Positions 9,673 to 19,663 of a DNA stretch of 64,000 nucleotides are shown in pieces. Position 1 is the stretch's first letter; every line of letters starts with the position of its first letter. Source of the DNA: Longimicrobiales bacterium (GTDB lineage: Bacteria > Gemmatimonadota > Gemmatimonadetes > Longimicrobiales > Gaopeijiaceae). The notes under the pieces were generated by a model. The model ran no database searches and was not told the origin of the DNA. It worked only from the letters and a program-made list of their open reading frames with translations. The stretch lies in NCBI GenBank assembly GCA_965204735.1, contig OZ242008.1:1632001-1696000 (forward strand), read 5' to 3'. Position numbers and translations under genes: made by a program.

Positions 9673-10278
9673 CTAGTTGTTCAGGTAGCGCTCGGGGATC
9701 GGCCCGGCGTCGCCCGCGTCCTGCCAGAAGATCGAGAGGACCCACCAGCGCTCGCCGTCGTTCAGCAGCTGGAATGAGTTGATGCCACGGGTGAAGGGCT
9801 CGGCGTCTTCCTCGGCCCGGTAGGAGGCGTAGCTGCTGAAGCGGTGGGCGATGTTGCCGTAGCTCTCCGAGACGCTGCCGGTCTCCACCTCGAAGAAGCC
9901 CTCGGCGAACCAGTTCCCCTCTTGCGCCATCGAAGCGTAGTCGTGGGGCGATAGCACGTTGACGACCTTGCGGCCGTTCTCGGCGGTTCCCGTGGGCATC
10001 AGCCGCGCGCCGGGGGCGAAGAGGGAGCGGAAGCGGTCCCAATCCCGCTCGGCGCCCGCCGGTCCCGAGATGACCTCGTAGACGGCTGAGACCAGCGCGT
10101 CGGCCGAGGCCACATCCGCAGGGTCGGCCTCCGGCGCGGGGGGCGCCTCGGCGACCTGGGCCGCGGGCTGGGGTGCCGCGTCGTCTCCCGCGCGTTCGGC
10201 CTCCGCGCACGACGACGCCACGACAAAGGCCGCGGCGAGGGCGCACCTTGCCAGGGTCCCAAGGGGCTTCTTCTTCAC
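9673..10278 (-). CDS. NTF2/SnoaL-like fold lipoprotein
   Basis: GTG 10278 with GGAG SD, lipobox ASSC, VISGPAG..RDWDRFRSLF and RGINSFQL...RWWV pattern. Confidence 0.7.
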   Translation of the reverse strand: MKKKPLGTLARCALAAAFVVASSCAEAERAGDDAAPQPAAQVAEAPPAPEADPADVASADALVSAVYEVISGPAGAERDWDRFRSLFAPGARLMPTGTAENGRKVVNVLSPHDYASMAQEGNWFAEGFFEVETGSVSESYGNIAHRFSSYASYRAEEDAEPFTRGINSFQLLNDGERWWVLSIFWQDAGDAGPIPERYLNN

Positions 10279-10561
10279 GATCGCGTCTCCATTGTTTGAA
10301 GTACGCCCAGTCCTTCGGGCGGTTCTTTCTGCGCGGCAACAGGTTGGGGCCGTCGGGCGGCTCCGCGCAACGCCATCAAGGGTTTCGGCGGCCGGCCCCG
10401 TGGGCCGACGCCGAGGGGACGCGGGGCAGCGGGGCGGCGAAGAGGCGCAGGTTTCAGCGGCTGGCCCACGTCGGCCCGCGCCACCGAGGCGGGTTTGCCG
10501 GCGGGCGAGCCCGTGCTTGGCCGCGAGCCGCCTCGCCGTCCCGCAACGCCTTGCCCAGTTG

Positions 10562-10614
10562 GTCGGCGCCGCGCAAAGCGCACGCCCAAGTCGTCGGCGC
10601 TGCGCAAAGCGCAC
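10562..10614. repeat. Two 22-nt direct repeats GTCGGCGC(C/T)GCGCAAAGCGCAC, 31-nt period
   Basis: Copies at 10562-10583 and 10593-10614 in the divergent intergenic region. Confidence 0.8.
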
Positions 10615-10737
10615 TTTGAGTTTCCGGCGGCTCGCGCACTATTATGATCATTTCCTGGACAAGAAGCTCCACCTTGGGCCGGCAGCCGGCGCTCCCGTCC
10701 GGCGAGCGCTGCTCCCACCCCGCATCCGCGCATCGCC

Positions 10738-12504
10738 ATGACGTCAGAAGCCGCCGCCGAGAACGCCGCCGTCCGCTTCGAGCCCAACGAGCGGCCCCCC
10801 AGCACGCTGGCCTTCGGCCTGGGCTTCCAGTTCGTGCTCCTCACGGTGGCGGGGATCGTCCTCACTCCCGCGATCGTCGTGCGTGCTGCCGGCGGAGGCG
10901 AGGAGTACCTCTCCTGGGCGGTCTTCGCGGCGCTCATGATCAGCGGCCTCACCACCGTCCTGCAGGCCGTCCGCGTCGGCCCCCTCGGCTCCGGCTACGT
11001 CCTCCTCATGGGCACGTCCGGCGCCTTCATCGCGGTCTCCGTCACGGCCCTGGCGCAAGGCGGTCCCGGAATGCTGGCCACCCTCGTCTTCGTGTCGGCC
11101 CTCTTCCAGTTCCTCCTCTCGTGGCGCCTGGCCTGGCTCCGGCGGATCATCACCCCCACCGTCGCGGGCACCGTGATCATGCTGATCGCGGTCACGATCA
11201 TGCCTATCCTGTACGACCTCCTTTCCGACGTGCCCCCGGGGACCTCCCGGGCGGCGGCCCCGGCGAGCGCCGCCGCCACGCTGGGAGTCGCGCTGGTCGT
11301 GCTGCTGCGCGGGTCGGGACCTTGGCGCCTTTGGGCGCCCGTGATGGCGATCCTCAGCGGCTGCGTCGTGGCGGGCGGCTTCGGCCTCTACGACATGGGG
11401 CGGGTCGTCGAAGCGGGCTGGTTCGGCCTGCCGGAAGTCGCCTGGCCGGGCTTGGACCTGGACTTCAGTCCCCTGTTCTGGGCCCTCCTGCCGGCGTTCG
11501 TCTTCGTGACCTTGGTGGGCGCGATCGAGACGATTGGGGACTCGGTGGCGATCCAGAAGGTCTCGTGGCGCCGCAAGCGCGCGACGGACTACCGGGCCGT
11601 GCAGGGGGCGGTGGCGGCGGACGGCGTGGGGAACCTCCTGTCGGGGTTGGCGGCCACGGTGCCCAACACGACCTACTCCTCCAGCGTGGCCGTCACCGAA
11701 ATCACCGGAGTCGCCTCGCGGCTGGTGGGCATCTGCGCCGGGCTGATCTTCTTCTCCCTCGCCTTCCTGCCCAAGACCACCGCCCTTCTGCTGGCCGTGC
11801 CCAACCCGGTGATCGGCGCATACGCGATCGTGCTGATCGCCCTCCTCTTCGTGCTGGGCGTGCGGATCGTCGCCCAGGACGGACTGGACTACCGGAAGGC
11901 GACCTTGGTCGGCGTGGCGTTCTGGGTCGGCAGCGGCTTCCAGGCCGGGGCCGTGTTCCCGGACCACCTGGGCGAGTTCTGGAGCGGCCTCTTGGGCAAC
12001 GGCATGACTTCGGGCGGCCTGACCGCTCTTCTCATGACGATCTTCATCGAGATCACGGCCCCTCGCCGCAAGCGCATCCGGACCCGACTGGAGGCCTCGG
12101 CGATGCCCGAGATCCGCACTTTCCTGAACCGGGTCTCCTCCAAGATGGGGTGGAGCCCGGACGCCGCCGACCGCCTCTGCCTGGTTGCCGAGGAGGCGGT
12201 GCAGACCCTTGTGGAGCAGCGTCGGGGAAGGGACGCGGGCGACGGCGCGCGGCTTCTGCTCGTGGCCGGTGCCGACGGCGAGGAGGCCGAGCTGGAGTTC
12301 ATGGCGTCCAGCGGGGAAGGGAACGTGGAGGACCGCATCTCCGTGCTGCGGGAGCGTCCCACCGACGCCCCCGTGGAACAGGAGCTCTCCCTGCGGCTGC
12401 TGCGCCACTTCGCTTCCTCGGTGCGGCACCAGCAGTACCAGGACGCGGACATCTTGACGGTCCGAGTGGGCCTGGGAGCGACGGGGGCGCCCGACGCCGG
12501 TTGA
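10738..12504 (+). CDS. NCS2 (xanthine/uracil permease family) protein with a C-terminal degenerate HATPase (RsbW-like) domain
   Basis: Many TM helices, ETIGD, ADG.GN, TTYS....TGVASR NCS2 motifs, plus a soluble tail of about 140 aa. Confidence 0.8.
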   Translation: MTSEAAAENAAVRFEPNERPPSTLAFGLGFQFVLLTVAGIVLTPAIVVRAAGGGEEYLSWAVFAALMISGLTTVLQAVRVGPLGSGYVLLMGTSGAFIAVSVTALAQGGPGMLATLVFVSALFQFLLSWRLAWLRRIITPTVAGTVIMLIAVTIMPILYDLLSDVPPGTSRAAAPASAAATLGVALVVLLRGSGPWRLWAPVMAILSGCVVAGGFGLYDMGRVVEAGWFGLPEVAWPGLDLDFSPLFWALLPAFVFVTLVGAIETIGDSVAIQKVSWRRKRATDYRAVQGAVAADGVGNLLSGLAATVPNTTYSSSVAVTEITGVASRLVGICAGLIFFSLAFLPKTTALLLAVPNPVIGAYAIVLIALLFVLGVRIVAQDGLDYRKATLVGVAFWVGSGFQAGAVFPDHLGEFWSGLLGNGMTSGGLTALLMTIFIEITAPRRKRIRTRLEASAMPEIRTFLNRVSSKMGWSPDAADRLCLVAEEAVQTLVEQRRGRDAGDGARLLLVAGADGEEAELEFMASSGEGNVEDRISVLRERPTDAPVEQELSLRLLRHFASSVRHQQYQDADILTVRVGLGATGAPDAG

Positions 12505-12542
12505 CTCGTCCGGTCGGCCGTGGTAGCCTTCGGCCACGACAA

Positions 12543-12654
12543 CTCATCGAGACCGGCAGAGGGACAGGCCCGAAGAAGCCGGGGCAACCTGTGGAAGGTG
12601 GCTCTTCCACCGATGTGCCAACTCCTGCGGCGGAAGGACCGCCGAAAAGATGAG
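12543..12654 (+). ncRNA. SAM-I (S-box) riboswitch aptamer
   Basis: P1 CTCATC...GATGAG, GAGGGACAGGCCC, GCAACC, GTGCCAACTCC; directly upstream of metX. Confidence 0.92.
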
Positions 12655-12758
12655 CGCCCACCCCGCCCGTTCCCTTGGGCGCGGGGCCGATCCGAGAAGC
12701 GGGCGTCGATTCTCCGGGAGTCCGATGGGGACCACTCGAACGACCGGAGGCTCTCCCC

Positions 12759-13844
12759 ATGGCTCGTCGCACCACCGCCGTCCAGCGGTTCCCTGCGGCG
12801 CGGCGCCGCCCCCTTCCAGGCGTCGGCGGCGTCAGCGGACGCATTCCCGTTCCCGTCTCCTTCGACCACTTGGGCGAGCGGCGGACGACGGTCTCCTACC
12901 AGCTCCACCGGCCTCCCGACCTCCACGGGCCTCCCGACGACGTTCCCGTGGTGGCGCTGGGGGGCATCTCGGCCGGCCGTCGCCTGGCGCCCACCCCCGA
13001 AGCGCCCGGAGAGGGCTGGTGGCCCGGCGTGGTCGGGCCCGGCGCCGTGCTCGATCCGGCGTGCCGCCTGCTGGTGGGGGTCGACTACCTGGGAGGCCCC
13101 ACCCCGGACGCGGGCCTGCTCCGCCCGGTGACCAGCCACGACCAGGCCCGGGCGCTGGCGGCTCTTCTCGACCGGCTGGAGATGCCCCGGGCGTCGCTGG
13201 TGGGCGCTTCCTACGGCGGGATGGTGGCGCTGGCCTTCGCGGAGCTCTTCCCGGAGCGGGTTGCGCGGCTGGTTGTGCTGTGCGCCGCCCACCGCACCCA
13301 TCCCATGGCGACGGCGTGGCGCTCCGTCCAGCGCGAGGCGGTGCGCTTGGGCGCCCGAGCGGGGCTGGCCGCCGAGGGCCTTTCGCTGGCGCGCGCCCTG
13401 GCCATGACCACCTACCGCAGCGCCGACGAGTTCGAGGGCCGCTTCTCGTCGAGGCCGCTGCCGTCGGTCGCGCCGGACGCCGCCGAGCCTCCCTCCGGTC
13501 GCAGGCCGGGTCCCCGCTTCCCCGTCGAGAGCTACCTGCACGCCAGGGGCGCCGACTTCGCGGGCCGCTTCGAACCGGAGCGCTTCCTCGCCCTCTCCGA
13601 GTCGATCGACCTCCACTCGACCGAGCCGGCCTCGCTCCCCTCGTCGGCTCTTCTCGTGTCGGTGGCGAGCGACGCGCTGGTCCCCCCGTGGCTGGTGGAA
13701 CGCCTGGTGGCCCGAGGCGGCGGCGGAGCCCGCCACGTCGTCGTCGAGTCGCCCTTCGGCCACGACGCCTTCCTCAAGGAGGTCGAGCAGGTCTCCGCGC
13801 TGGTTCGCTCGGGACTGGCCCTAGCCGAGCCTAGCCGGGCCTAG
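12759..13844 (+). CDS. metX: Homoserine O-acyl (acetyl/succinyl) transferase, MetX family
   Basis: LGGISA, nucleophile GASYGGM, FGHDAFLKE; GGAGG SD; S-box leader. Confidence 0.88.
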   Translation: MARRTTAVQRFPAARRRPLPGVGGVSGRIPVPVSFDHLGERRTTVSYQLHRPPDLHGPPDDVPVVALGGISAGRRLAPTPEAPGEGWWPGVVGPGAVLDPACRLLVGVDYLGGPTPDAGLLRPVTSHDQARALAALLDRLEMPRASLVGASYGGMVALAFAELFPERVARLVVLCAAHRTHPMATAWRSVQREAVRLGARAGLAAEGLSLARALAMTTYRSADEFEGRFSSRPLPSVAPDAAEPPSGRRPGPRFPVESYLHARGADFAGRFEPERFLALSESIDLHSTEPASLPSSALLVSVASDALVPPWLVERLVARGGGGARHVVVESPFGHDAFLKEVEQVSALVRSGLALAEPSRA

Positions 13845-13850
13845 CCGAGC
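13821..13850. repeat. Three tandem 10-mers CTAGCCG(A/G)GC at the convergent metX/ATPase junction
   Basis: ctagccgagc ctagccgggc ctagccgagc read directly. Confidence 0.85.
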
Positions 13851-15223
13851 CCCTTTCCCGACAGCATCCACTCGTACGCGGGGCGGACCTCCACGCCGGA
13901 CGGCGCTTTCGCCGGCAATCCGTCCCGGGTGAGGGTCAGGAGCAACTGACGAGCCCCGGGGAACTCGGCGGCCGCAGCGTCGAGGGCCCGGAGCTCGCGA
14001 GCGGCAGTGGCCGGATCGGACATGTCGGCGCACACCTGGATCAGCTCCGTTCGTCCACACGGAGTCCGGGCCAGAAAGTCCACTTCGTGGCCTTGGCGGG
14101 TCCGCACGTAGGCGACTTCGCACCGTCGCCGCTCCAACTCGACCAGGACCGCCGTCTCCAGAGCATGTCCCACGTCGGCTCGACCGCTCCGATCGAACAC
14201 CGGGATCAATCCCGTGTCTGCCGGGTACGCCTTGCGCGGGTTGACCATCCGCCTGCGCGCCGAGGCGGACTCGACCTCCACGACGCGCACGAGGAAGCAG
14301 TCCTCGAGGCAGGCGAGGAACTCGTGCAGCGTGTCCTTGGCCACCGGGACGCCCTGGGACTTGAGCCTGGCGTGAAACTTCTGGACGCTGAACGAACCGG
14401 CGGCGTTGCCGAGCAGGTGTCGCACCATCCACCGCAGGGCGGTCACGTTGCGCACTCGATGGCGCTCCACCACGTCGCGCAGGACCGCGACGTCCACATA
14501 GTCCCGCAGAAGCTGCATCCTGGTCGCTTGGTCGAGTCCCTGGGCCTCCGGGAAGCCGCCCTCGGACAGCCAGTCCAGGAAGGCGCGCTCGAGGCGGGAA
14601 CGGTCGCGCCCCGACAGCAGCTCGGGCGACTCGGGCGCACGCCGTCCCCGGTCCGCCAGCGATTCCGCGAAGCTGAAAGGGTGGAGCGGCACCTGCCACG
14701 CCCGACCGCGAAGCGACGTCGCCACTTCTCGGGAGAGCAGCGTCGCCGAGGACCCGGCGACCACGACCTCCGCGTCGCCGGCGTCCAAGAGCCTGCGGAC
14801 GAACCGCTCCCAACCCGGAACCACCTGGATCTCGTCGAAATGCCACGTGACGCGGTCGAGGCTGCTGCGCCCCTCTCCGTCGTCGGACACCGGGAACTGC
14901 CGGTAGTACTCGTCCAGCAGCAGGTGGAGGCGGGCGGCGTCGAGTCCGGCCAGCCGCTCGTCCTCGAAAGAGAGGTAGGGGAGCCGCGCCTTCGGCACGC
15001 CCTGGCCGATGCGCTCGGCCCGAAGCTGGTGCAGGAAGGTGGTCTTGCCGACTCGGCGCATTCCGACCGCGACGGTCGCCTTGCCGGCCAGGCGCACTCT
15101 GCCCCGGAGTCGGCGCGGCGTGAAGTCGGGCAACGGTCGTCGAACCGAGTCGGCTAGCTGCTCCCTGAAGACCTGCTTCAGAAGCGGCGTCGGCGCTGTC
15201 GGCCCCGTGGAAGTTGTTCTCAT
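13841..15223 (-). CDS. AAA+ ATPase (AAA_14) with DUF4143 and a C-terminal restriction-endonuclease-like domain
   Basis: GMRRVGKT, FDEIQ, GSSA, GGFPE, K.Y..D.G, ETAV..EL, EVDF...IQV. Confidence 0.88.
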   Translation of the reverse strand: MRTTSTGPTAPTPLLKQVFREQLADSVRRPLPDFTPRRLRGRVRLAGKATVAVGMRRVGKTTFLHQLRAERIGQGVPKARLPYLSFEDERLAGLDAARLHLLLDEYYRQFPVSDDGEGRSSLDRVTWHFDEIQVVPGWERFVRRLLDAGDAEVVVAGSSATLLSREVATSLRGRAWQVPLHPFSFAESLADRGRRAPESPELLSGRDRSRLERAFLDWLSEGGFPEAQGLDQATRMQLLRDYVDVAVLRDVVERHRVRNVTALRWMVRHLLGNAAGSFSVQKFHARLKSQGVPVAKDTLHEFLACLEDCFLVRVVEVESASARRRMVNPRKAYPADTGLIPVFDRSGRADVGHALETAVLVELERRRCEVAYVRTRQGHEVDFLARTPCGRTELIQVCADMSDPATAARELRALDAAAAEFPGARQLLLTLTRDGLPAKAPSGVEVRPAYEWMLSGKGLG

Positions 15224-15407
15224 CGAGAGACTCTCCGTCTTGGACGGAGAATCTAGACGATATTCATCCTTTCAAGAAGGACCATGTAGGAGCCGTGCGA
15301 CTTGGCCGGACCAGTGCCCAACGACAAGTTTCGTCGCCGTCCGGGTCCCGGAAGTACTCGCCCAGACTCGAGAGCGCCCGCCTCGGCCGTCCCAGGGGCC
15401 CTCTTGC

Positions 15408-16727
15408 CTACGACACCACCCGCCTGCCGGGTCGGGAGCGGTACTTCTCGTACAGCGACTTGTGCTTGTTGTCGAGGCTGACGCCCCGGCCGAGAATGAA
15501 GAGGTCCGTGACCTGGGTCTGGATCTCCAGCGGATCGCCGTCGGTGATCATGATGTTGGCGATCTTCCCCTCCTCGATCGTGCCGATCCGGTCGTCGACG
15601 CCCAGCATCTCGGCGGCGTTCTTGGTGACCGCTTCCAGCGCCGCGTGGCGGGGAAGGCCGTAGGGCACTGCCTGGGCCGCTTCGTAGGGCAGCGTCCGGG
15701 AATCCGAGGAGTTGAAGGTGGCGAAGGCGATCTTGACGCCGGCCGCGTGAAGCTTGCCCGGCGCGGCGTAGGCTTCGTCGTAGGGCTCGTCGGGTCCCGA
15801 GGGCATCGCCTGGGTCGGCGACATGATGACGCCCACGTCGTTCTCGGCCAGCCAGTCGGCGATCTTCCACGCCCCACGCCCGCCGGTGATCACGAAGTCG
15901 ATCTCCTGCCGCTGCGCCCATTCGACGGCGTTGCGGACGTCGCGCTCGCCGTTGGCCGCCAGGAGAACGGGCATTTCCCGGTTCACGACCTTGCCCATGG
16001 CCTCGTTCTTGAGGTCCCGACGGAGCTCCGCCCCCGCCTTCACGGCTTGGTCGTACCGGCGGGCCGCCTCGAACCACTCGTCGAGCCTTGCCACGGCCTC
16101 TTCGTAGCGCTCCTGCCGCTGTCGCCACCCTCCAGGGGCGGCGCCGCCCCGCCCGAAGCGCCCCCGTCCGCCGCTCAGGCTCGGGTAGTTCACGACCATC
16201 GCGACGCCCAGGTCGATCCCCATCTCCTCGACCGTCCAGCCGTCGAGCCCGACCAGGGACGCTTGGCCCACGATCGCGCCGTTGCCGCCCTGGGGCGCCG
16301 CCATGGTGATCGCAATGCCGTTGGCCCTTGCGACGGGAATGTGCTCGGTGGCCGGGTGAATCGCCGTCGCGGCCTGCAGGTGCGGGTTGAAGTCGCCCTG
16401 CTCGCGGGAGTCGTTGGTCACGTCCACGGCGCCGATCTCGGTGAGCCCCAGGCCGGACACGGCGTCGAACATGCCCGGGTAGACGTGCTTGCCCGTGGCG
16501 TCCACGACCTCGGCCCCGGCGGGCGCCTCCACGTTCGGTCCCACGGCCGCGATCCGGTCGCCCTGGATCACGACCGTGCCCACGAACGAGTCCCCGGCCA
16601 GGGTGTGCACGGTTCCGCCCTGTATGACGTAGGTCTGGGCCGCCGTCGGCGCGGTCGCGGCCGCGGCTGCCGTCCCGACCCAGAGGGCGAGCGTCGTCGC
16701 GAGTCCCGTCGATTTGGTTCGCGTCAT
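15408..16727 (-). CDS. Secreted amidohydrolase-fold protein (lacks HxH; probable non-catalytic partner)
   Basis: VVDATGKHVYPGMFDA and IGTIEEGKIAN...GDPL; ATGA overlap with the upstream gene. Confidence 0.8.
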   Translation of the reverse strand: MTRTKSTGLATTLALWVGTAAAAATAPTAAQTYVIQGGTVHTLAGDSFVGTVVIQGDRIAAVGPNVEAPAGAEVVDATGKHVYPGMFDAVSGLGLTEIGAVDVTNDSREQGDFNPHLQAATAIHPATEHIPVARANGIAITMAAPQGGNGAIVGQASLVGLDGWTVEEMGIDLGVAMVVNYPSLSGGRGRFGRGGAAPGGWRQRQERYEEAVARLDEWFEAARRYDQAVKAGAELRRDLKNEAMGKVVNREMPVLLAANGERDVRNAVEWAQRQEIDFVITGGRGAWKIADWLAENDVGVIMSPTQAMPSGPDEPYDEAYAAPGKLHAAGVKIAFATFNSSDSRTLPYEAAQAVPYGLPRHAALEAVTKNAAEMLGVDDRIGTIEEGKIANIMITDGDPLEIQTQVTDLFILGRGVSLDNKHKSLYEKYRSRPGRRVVS

Positions 16728-19525
16728 CGGTTGTCTCCCAAGTGCTTCTCGACGAGTGCGTCCTTTTCGGCCTGCACGGCTTCCTGGCGCTCTCGGTCCA
16801 TGTCGATGTCGAAGTACAGCTTCCCGTCCACGTAGGTCTGCACCGCCTTGCCGTACATGCTCAGCGGGTGCCCTTCCCAGATCGCCAGGTCCGCGTCCTT
16901 GCCCTCGTCCACCGATCCGATCCGGTCCTCGATGCCGAACTGGATCGCCGGGTTGAGGGTGATCAGGCGCAGCGCCTGCTCTTCGTCCATTCCGCCCCAC
17001 TTCATCGCCTTGGCGGCTTCCTGGTTGAGGTGGCGTATCTCTTCGCCGGAGTCGGAGTTGATCGACACCAGCACGCCGCGCTCGGTCATCAGCGCCGCGT
17101 TGTGGGGAATCGCGTCGTAGGCTTCGACCTTGTACGCCCACCAGTCGGAGAAGGTGGACGCGCCCGCGCCGTGGACCGCGATCTCGTCGGCCACCTTGTA
17201 GCCCTCCAGCACGTGGTGCAGCGTGCGCACGGTGAAGCCGAACTCCTCTGCCAGGCGCAGCAGCTGCAGGATTTCGTCGGCCCGGTACGAGTGGGAGTGG
17301 ACCCAGCGCTCGCCCGTCAGGATCTCCATGAGCGCCTCGAGCTTCAGGTCGCGGCGCGGCGCGGCGCCCCTCCGGCCCCCCGCCTCGTAGGCGTCCCACT
17401 CCTCCATGTACTCCCGGGTGTCCAGGAAGGCTTGTCGGATCACGTCCTGCACGCCCATCCGCGTCGCCGGGTAGCGGTCCGGGTTGCGGTCGCGCTTCGT
17501 GTTCTCGCCCAGCGCGAACTTGATCCCCTTGCGGGCGCCCACCCGCAGGTCGGCGGCGTCGGCGCCCCAGCGCAGCTTGATCACCGAGTTGCCCCCGCCG
17601 ATGGGGTTGGCCGAGCCGTGGAGGATGTTGATCGTGGTCACGCCGCCCGCCAGCGCCCGGTACATCCCCACGTCCTCGGGGCGGAGCACGTCCTCGATCG
17701 TCACCATCGACGAAATGTTGACGGTGCCTTCGTTGATGCTCAGCGCCGCCATGTGGGAGTGGGCGTCGAAGATGCCGGGGGTGACGTACTTGCCCGTCGC
17801 GTCCACCACGGTCGCGCCGGTGGGAGCGTTCAGGGCCGTGCCGATCTCGGCGATCTTGCCGTCGCGCACGAGGATGTCCGTGTTCTCCAGGGTCCCTCGG
17901 GACGCGGTGAGCACGGTGGCGTTGCGGATCAGCGTCGTCGGGTCGTCGCGGTAGGGACCCTTGTCGGGGCTCATGGGGATCGGGGGCGCCGCCGGATCGG
18001 GTCCGGAGGCGCCGGCGCCGGGACCGCCGCGCCTGCCGCGTCCTCCCCGAGCTTCCCCGTCGCCGCCGCTGGGTCCCGCCTCGGGCCCGGCGCTCGCGCC
18101 TTCGTCCGCCTCCTCGTCGTCCGCTTCGTCGTCGGCGCCCTTCACGTCGAACATCTCGCCGTCCACGAAGACCGTCTCGATGCGGGCGTCCTCGTCCAGC
18201 AGGTCTCCGCCGGCGACCACCAAGTTGGCGATCTTGCCCTCCTCGACCGAGCCCAGTCGGTCGGCGACTCCGAAGATCTCCGCGGGCGCCAGGGTCAGCG
18301 CCCGGATCGCGTCCTCTTCCGAGAGCCCCTGGGCGACGGCCCGGCGCACGGCGGCCAGCGCCTCGGACGGCCGGTCCAGGCCGCCGGTGTAGAAGGCGAA
18401 GGGCACGTCGGCTTCGGCGAGGGCCGCCGGCGTGGTCGGGGCCCGGTCGAAGAGACGGAGCTGCTCGAGCGACGGCACGGCCTCCGGGTCGGCGTCCGTG
18501 GGCGGGGCGGGCCACTCCAGGTCCACAAGGACCGGGATGCCGGCGTCGGCCAGCATGTCGGCCGCCGCGTAGGTCCCGTGGCCGCCGTAGACGATCGGCT
18601 TCACGCCCATCTCGCGGGTGGTCTCGACGGCGCGCCCCACGTCGGACCGGCTGGTGGCGGGGAAGAGGGCCGGCCATGCCTCGTCGAACTGAAGGCGGAT
18701 CGGCTCCAGCGCCATGTCCCACTCGGGGCGCCGCTTGCCCCTGGGGTCGGCCTCGTAGGCGGCCCACGCGTCGTCGTAGTGCTTGGCGTCGTAGTAGAGC
18801 TGCTTGAGGTAGGCAAACACGCCCATGGGGCTGCCCGGGTACCCGGTGTACGTCCGCGACTGGTCCCGAAGGTTGACCCGCATTGCGACGGGCGTGGCCA
18901 CCACCATCTCCCGGGGCCGGTCGAAGGACCGGAGGTTGAGGACGGCGGCCTGGCCCGGCACCAGTCCTTGGTGGCGCGCGCTGACGACGGTGGTGAAGCC
19001 CGCGTTGCGCCAGCTCTCGAAGCGGTCGTCGTCGGCGTCGATGTCGTCGGCCGCAGTGAGCCAAGTGGACGTTCCCGGACGGTCCTCCGGCCCCCACGAG
19101 TGGGTCGAAGGGTCGGGCTGGGCGCCGCCGGGGCCGCCGCCGAAGCCGAAGCCTCCTCGCGGCTGCTGGGGCGGCGAGCCGTGGCCGAGGGTGGTCAGGG
19201 CGTCGAAGAGGCCGGGGTACACCGTCTTGCCCGAGCCGTCGATCACCCAAGCGCCCGGCGGGACCGAGACGCCCGCCCCGACCGCGCCGATCACGCCGTC
19301 GTCGACCACGACCGTCCCGTTGTCGATCACCGCGCCGGACACCGTGACGATGCGCGCGCCGGAGATGGCGTAGAGCCGCACGTCCTCGGGGCGAGTGGGG
19401 CGCGGCTGGGCGGCGAGGGCGGGCGGGGCCAGGGCGGACGCCAGCACGGGGGCGGCAACGGTCAGGGCCGCCAAGACCGGCGGGGCCAAGCGTCGCCGTC
19501 GGGCGGAACGCAACCATCGGGTCAC
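16724..19525 (-). CDS. Secreted two-domain amidohydrolase family protein
   Basis: Two amidohydrolase units; the second has PGIFDAHSH, HSYRADE, HVLEGYK, NSD and GKDAD. Confidence 0.85.
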   Translation of the reverse strand: MTRWLRSARRRRLAPPVLAALTVAAPVLASALAPPALAAQPRPTRPEDVRLYAISGARIVTVSGAVIDNGTVVVDDGVIGAVGAGVSVPPGAWVIDGSGKTVYPGLFDALTTLGHGSPPQQPRGGFGFGGGPGGAQPDPSTHSWGPEDRPGTSTWLTAADDIDADDDRFESWRNAGFTTVVSARHQGLVPGQAAVLNLRSFDRPREMVVATPVAMRVNLRDQSRTYTGYPGSPMGVFAYLKQLYYDAKHYDDAWAAYEADPRGKRRPEWDMALEPIRLQFDEAWPALFPATSRSDVGRAVETTREMGVKPIVYGGHGTYAAADMLADAGIPVLVDLEWPAPPTDADPEAVPSLEQLRLFDRAPTTPAALAEADVPFAFYTGGLDRPSEALAAVRRAVAQGLSEEDAIRALTLAPAEIFGVADRLGSVEEGKIANLVVAGGDLLDEDARIETVFVDGEMFDVKGADDEADDEEADEGASAGPEAGPSGGDGEARGGRGRRGGPGAGASGPDPAAPPIPMSPDKGPYRDDPTTLIRNATVLTASRGTLENTDILVRDGKIAEIGTALNAPTGATVVDATGKYVTPGIFDAHSHMAALSINEGTVNISSMVTIEDVLRPEDVGMYRALAGGVTTINILHGSANPIGGGNSVIKLRWGADAADLRVGARKGIKFALGENTKRDRNPDRYPATRMGVQDVIRQAFLDTREYMEEWDAYEAGGRRGAAPRRDLKLEALMEILTGERWVHSHSYRADEILQLLRLAEEFGFTVRTLHHVLEGYKVADEIAVHGAGASTFSDWWAYKVEAYDAIPHNAALMTERGVLVSINSDSGEEIRHLNQEAAKAMKWGGMDEEQALRLITLNPAIQFGIEDRIGSVDEGKDADLAIWEGHPLSMYGKAVQTYVDGKLYFDIDMDRERQEAVQAEKDALVEKHLGDNR

Positions 19526-19663
19526 GGGGGTCCTCCGTCGAGAGTGGGTCGCCGCCGTCCCGCGCCGGGGCGCGACGGCGAGCTGCCGAGGGTCGAGGGG
19601 GAAACGATACGGGCGCGACGCGGGTTCTGCCAGAAAAGGCGGGGCGGCGAAGACAGGAGAGCG

